Shown: positions 22,632 to 24,000 of the stretch, in pieces
How positions within the stretch are numbered: position 1 is the stretch's first letter
How the letters are laid out: every line of letters starts with the position of its first letter
Assembly (NCBI GenBank): GCA_027014155.1
Contig: JALWEG010000017.1
Location: forward strand, 1-24,000
Source: Aquificaceae bacterium
Lineage (GTDB): Bacteria > Aquificota > Aquificia > Aquificales > Aquificaceae
Direction of reading: 5' to 3'
Length of the DNA: 24,000 nt
Notes under the pieces: model-generated
What the model was told of the DNA's origin: nothing
The model's database searches: none
What the model saw: the letters and a program-made list of their open reading frames with translations, nothing else
Made by a program: the position numbers and the translations under genes

Positions 22632-24000
22632 TTAACCTACCCTACTCCCTTGCTTGCCCTTTATCCAGTTGAGAAGCCCTCCCGCTATAAGCACGGAGAC
22701 CTGCTTGGGAGTGAGGTTGTATTTACATTCTATCTCCTCTCCGGTTGACCTGTTCCTCACTATTACCTTCTCACCGGCCTTGAGCCTCTCCTCAAGCTGG
22801 GGTATCTCCACCTCGTCCCATAGGGTGAACTTCTCGTAGTCCTTCTTGTCCGCGAACTCTAAGGGGACTATACCGAAGTTCACGAGGTTGGCGTGGTGGA
22901 TTCTGGCAAAGGACTTGGCTATCACGGCTCTAACGCCCAAGAATCTGGGAGCGAGAGCGGCATGCTCCCTTGAGGAACCCTGCCCGTAGTTCTCCCCACC
23001 TACTATTATGGAAGCCTTACCTTCCTCGTCTCTCAGCTTCTTAGCTCTGCTGACGAACTCGGGGTCAACGTAGTGATAGACGTATTCGGATATGGCGTAT
23101 ATGTTGGAGCGCAAGGGCAGTATCTTGGCTCCGGCGGGCATTATGTGGTCCGTAGTGATGTTATCTCCAACTATGAGAGCTACCCTACCCTCAATCTTCT
23201 CGGGCATGGGGTCAAACTCCGGCAGGGGCTTTATGTTGGGTCCTCTGTATATCTCAACGCTCCGGGCTTCCTCCTCGGGCAGAGGCTCTATAAACGCCTC
23301 GTCGCCGTAAGGGAATCTTTCCGGCATCTCTACCCTTATCCACTTGAGTCCCCTCTCCTTCGCCAGCCTCCTGGGGTCTATTATCTCACCCGCTATGGCG
23401 CAGGCAACGCAGGTTTCCGGCGATGCGAGGTAAACTTTAGCATCTGGAGTTCCAGACCTACCCTCAAAGTTTCTATTAAAGCTCCTTATAGACACACCGC
23501 CGCTGGGCGGAGCGTATCCCATGCCTATGCAGGGACCGCACGCGCTCTCAAGGATTCTCGCTCCCGCCTTCAGGAAGTCCAAGAGGGCTCCGTTCTGGGT
23601 TATCAGCTCAAGAGCCTGCTTTGAGCCGGGTGCCACGGCAAACACCACGTCCGGGTTTACCTTCTGTCCCTCAAGGAGCTTGGCGCTCCTCGTCAGGTCA
23701 ACGAAAGAGGAGTTGGTGCAGGAGCCTATAACAACCTGGTCAACCTTTACGCCCTCTATCTCCCTGACGGGAACTACGTTATCCGGAGAGTGGGGCTGTG
23801 CTATAAGAGGCTCAAGCTCTCCCAGGTCTATCTCAATCACCTCATCGTATTCGGCGTCCGCGTCCGGAAGAAGCTCAATCCAGTCTTCTTCCCTGCCCTG
23901 GGCCTTAAGGTAGGCTCTCGTTATATCGTCGGAAGGGAAGACCGAGGTGGTCGCTCCCAGCTCGGCACCCATGTTGGTTATGGTTGAGCGCTCGGGAACC
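22632..24000 (-). CDS. acn: Aconitase-family hydratase with a fused swivel domain (short 'Aquifex-type' putative aconitase), 5'-truncated by the window edge
   Basis: Aconitase motifs IGSCTNSS and CGPCIGMG, with the swivel-domain motif GENYGQGSSREHAA in one polypeptide. The frame stays open from the listed Met (23972) to 24000 (…VPERSTITN-MGAELGATTS). That stretch continues the conserved NM..E.GA motif, so the true start is beyond the window. Confidence 0.9.
   Translation of the reverse strand, partial: VPERSTITNMGAELGATTSVFPSDDITRAYLKAQGREEDWIELLPDADAEYDEVIEIDLGELEPLIAQPHSPDNVVPVREIEGVKVDQVVIGSCTNSSFVDLTRSAKLLEGQKVNPDVVFAVAPGSKQALELITQNGALLDFLKAGARILESACGPCIGMGYAPPSGGVSIRSFNRNFEGRSGTPDAKVYLASPETCVACAIAGEIIDPRRLAKERGLKWIRVEMPERFPYGDEAFIEPLPEEEARSVEIYRGPNIKPLPEFDPMPEKIEGRVALIVGDNITTDHIMPAGAKILPLRSNIYAISEYVYHYVDPEFVSRAKKLRDEEGKASIIVGGENYGQGSSREHAALAPRFLGVRAVIAKSFARIHHANLVNFGIVPLEFADKKDYEKFTLWDEVEIPQLEERLKAGEKVIVRNRSTGEEIECKYNLTPKQVSVLIAGGLLNWIKGKQGSRVG

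Noticed and set aside
23970-23972. The Met listed as the aconitase start
   Set aside because: The frame remains open to 24000 and reads VPERSTITN before the Met. This continues the conserved aconitase NM..E.GA motif, so the gene is truncated by the window rather than starting here.
1-24000. CRISPR arrays, IS elements, integrases, toxin-antitoxin pairs and defence-system genes
   Set aside because: I spotted no regularly spaced direct repeats, no terminal inverted repeats, and no transposase, integrase or nuclease-like ORF. Every ORF above 100 aa that I accept has a housekeeping or plausible membrane-protein assignment. By-eye repeat detection is imperfect.

Overview
This is a densely packed chromosomal window with about 97% of bases coding and no rRNA, tRNA, CRISPR or mobile element that I could see. 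Reverse gyrase together with LPS and outer-membrane genes (lpxD, skp) and TCA/rTCA enzymes (aconitase, mdh, class I fumarase alpha) points to a hyperthermophilic diderm bacterium, most likely Aquificales. That assignment is inferred from gene content, not from a database search. Left to right: a partial unknown CDS; a repeat-rich 240-nt control region; a His-rich CopB-type P1B ATPase; an opposite-strand 112-aa coiled-coil gene; and a CusA-type RND pump with no cusB or cusC. Next come dxs, a 4-TM protein and reverse gyrase on the minus strand, then a divergent PilZ-domain protein. An unbroken 11.5-kb minus-strand gene train follows: smc, lpxD, skp, a DUF420-like protein, infC, a DUF4149-like protein, a PAS-GGDEF diguanylate cyclase, fumarase alpha, mdh and a partial aconitase. 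By hand translation I add three single-TM micro-ORFs (35, 35 and 42 aa) that fill the only gaps in that train. I found no clear-cut novel system such as a defence island, toxin-antitoxin pair or biosynthetic cluster. The items most worth follow-up are the antisense gene wedged inside the copper-export locus, the micro-ORF and small membrane-protein cluster around infC, and a c-di-GMP pair: a Cys4-PAS GGDEF enzyme fused into the TCA gene string, and a PilZ receptor next to reverse gyrase and SMC. Family assignments rest on motifs I recognise by eye. No searches were run.
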